Assembly (NCBI RefSeq): GCF_006345805.1
Contig: NC_043024.1
Coordinates: 248,001-312,000 of the forward strand
Reading direction: 5' to 3'
Origin: Octopus sinensis
Taxonomy: Eukaryota
Length of the DNA stretch: 64,000 nt
In this document: one piece after another, positions 63,575-64,000 of the stretch
How positions within the stretch are numbered: the stretch's first letter is position 1
How the letters are laid out: the number at the start of each line of letters is the position of its first letter
Made by a program: the position numbers and the translations under genes
Notes under the pieces: generated by a model
Seen by the model: the letters and a program-made list of their open reading frames with translations, nothing else
What the model was told of the DNA's origin: nothing
Database searches by the model: none

Positions 63575-63740
63575 GATGGCTTCTTTCAGTTTCTCTCTAC
63601 CAAGTCTACACACAAGGCTTTGATCGCTCCGAGGCTGAAGTAAAAGATACTTGCTCAAGGTGTCACGCAGTGGGACTGAACCCAGGACCACATGGTCGGG
63701 AAGCAAGCTTCTTAACTACAGACCCAAGCCTGAGCCACAT
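63575..63740 (-). mobile_element. SINE family A, 5' half
   Basis: gcttctttcagtttc...cacgcagtgggactgaaccc..gaccacatgg. Confidence 0.8.
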
Positions 63741-63849
63741 TGATACAAATTTCATCAGTAACAAAAAGAGAAGCACAATATTTAACAAAACAGGGTTTTA
63801 GGTTTATGCTTAGCCTCCAAATCATGCAAACGATAATATAATCGTTCCT

Positions 63850-64000
63850 ACTAAAGGCACTGGACCTGAACTTTTGTGGGGAGCAGCTAATCAATTGTAT
63901 CGATCCCAGTTCTCAACTGGTACCTTTATCGAACTGGAAAAGGATGAAGGGCAATTTAGACCTCGGCAGAATTTGAACTCAGAGCGTTAAGACGGACGAC
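63850..64000 (-). mobile_element. SINE family B (cut by the window end)
   Basis: aaggatgaagggcaa...gacctcggcagaatttgaactcagagcgtt. Confidence 0.75.

Overview
Repeat-dominated eukaryotic (animal) DNA with no recognisable host protein-coding exon. The SINE, RTE and Penelope repertoire and the extreme TA/TG microsatellite load suggest an octopus or other coleoid cephalopod; this is inferred from repeat families, not verified. The first ~11 kb is an almost pure alternating purine-pyrimidine (TA/TG) tract with hidden higher-order periodicity, and nearly all long ORFs in the ORF track are artefacts of it. The rest is a mosaic of decayed elements: a CR1-like LINE end, RTE LINEs (two long copies carrying a PHD-type finger), a Neptune-type Penelope-like element (RT thumb plus GIY-YIG), R4/Dong fragments, DD37D (maT) and mariner relics, hAT-like and foldback MITEs, about four SINE families and a tRNA-Pro pseudogene. 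The most interesting hidden signal is a set of minimal type-I hammerhead ribozyme motifs of several sequence families. One has an intact core and lies inside a ~446-bp direct-repeat (retrozyme/pLTR-like) unit at 13.2-13.7 kb. Also notable are a ~7.5-kb structure bounded by ~400-bp inverted arms and containing two RTE copies, and several near-perfect hairpins. Coordinates were read by eye and may be off by a few bases; most element boundaries are approximate.
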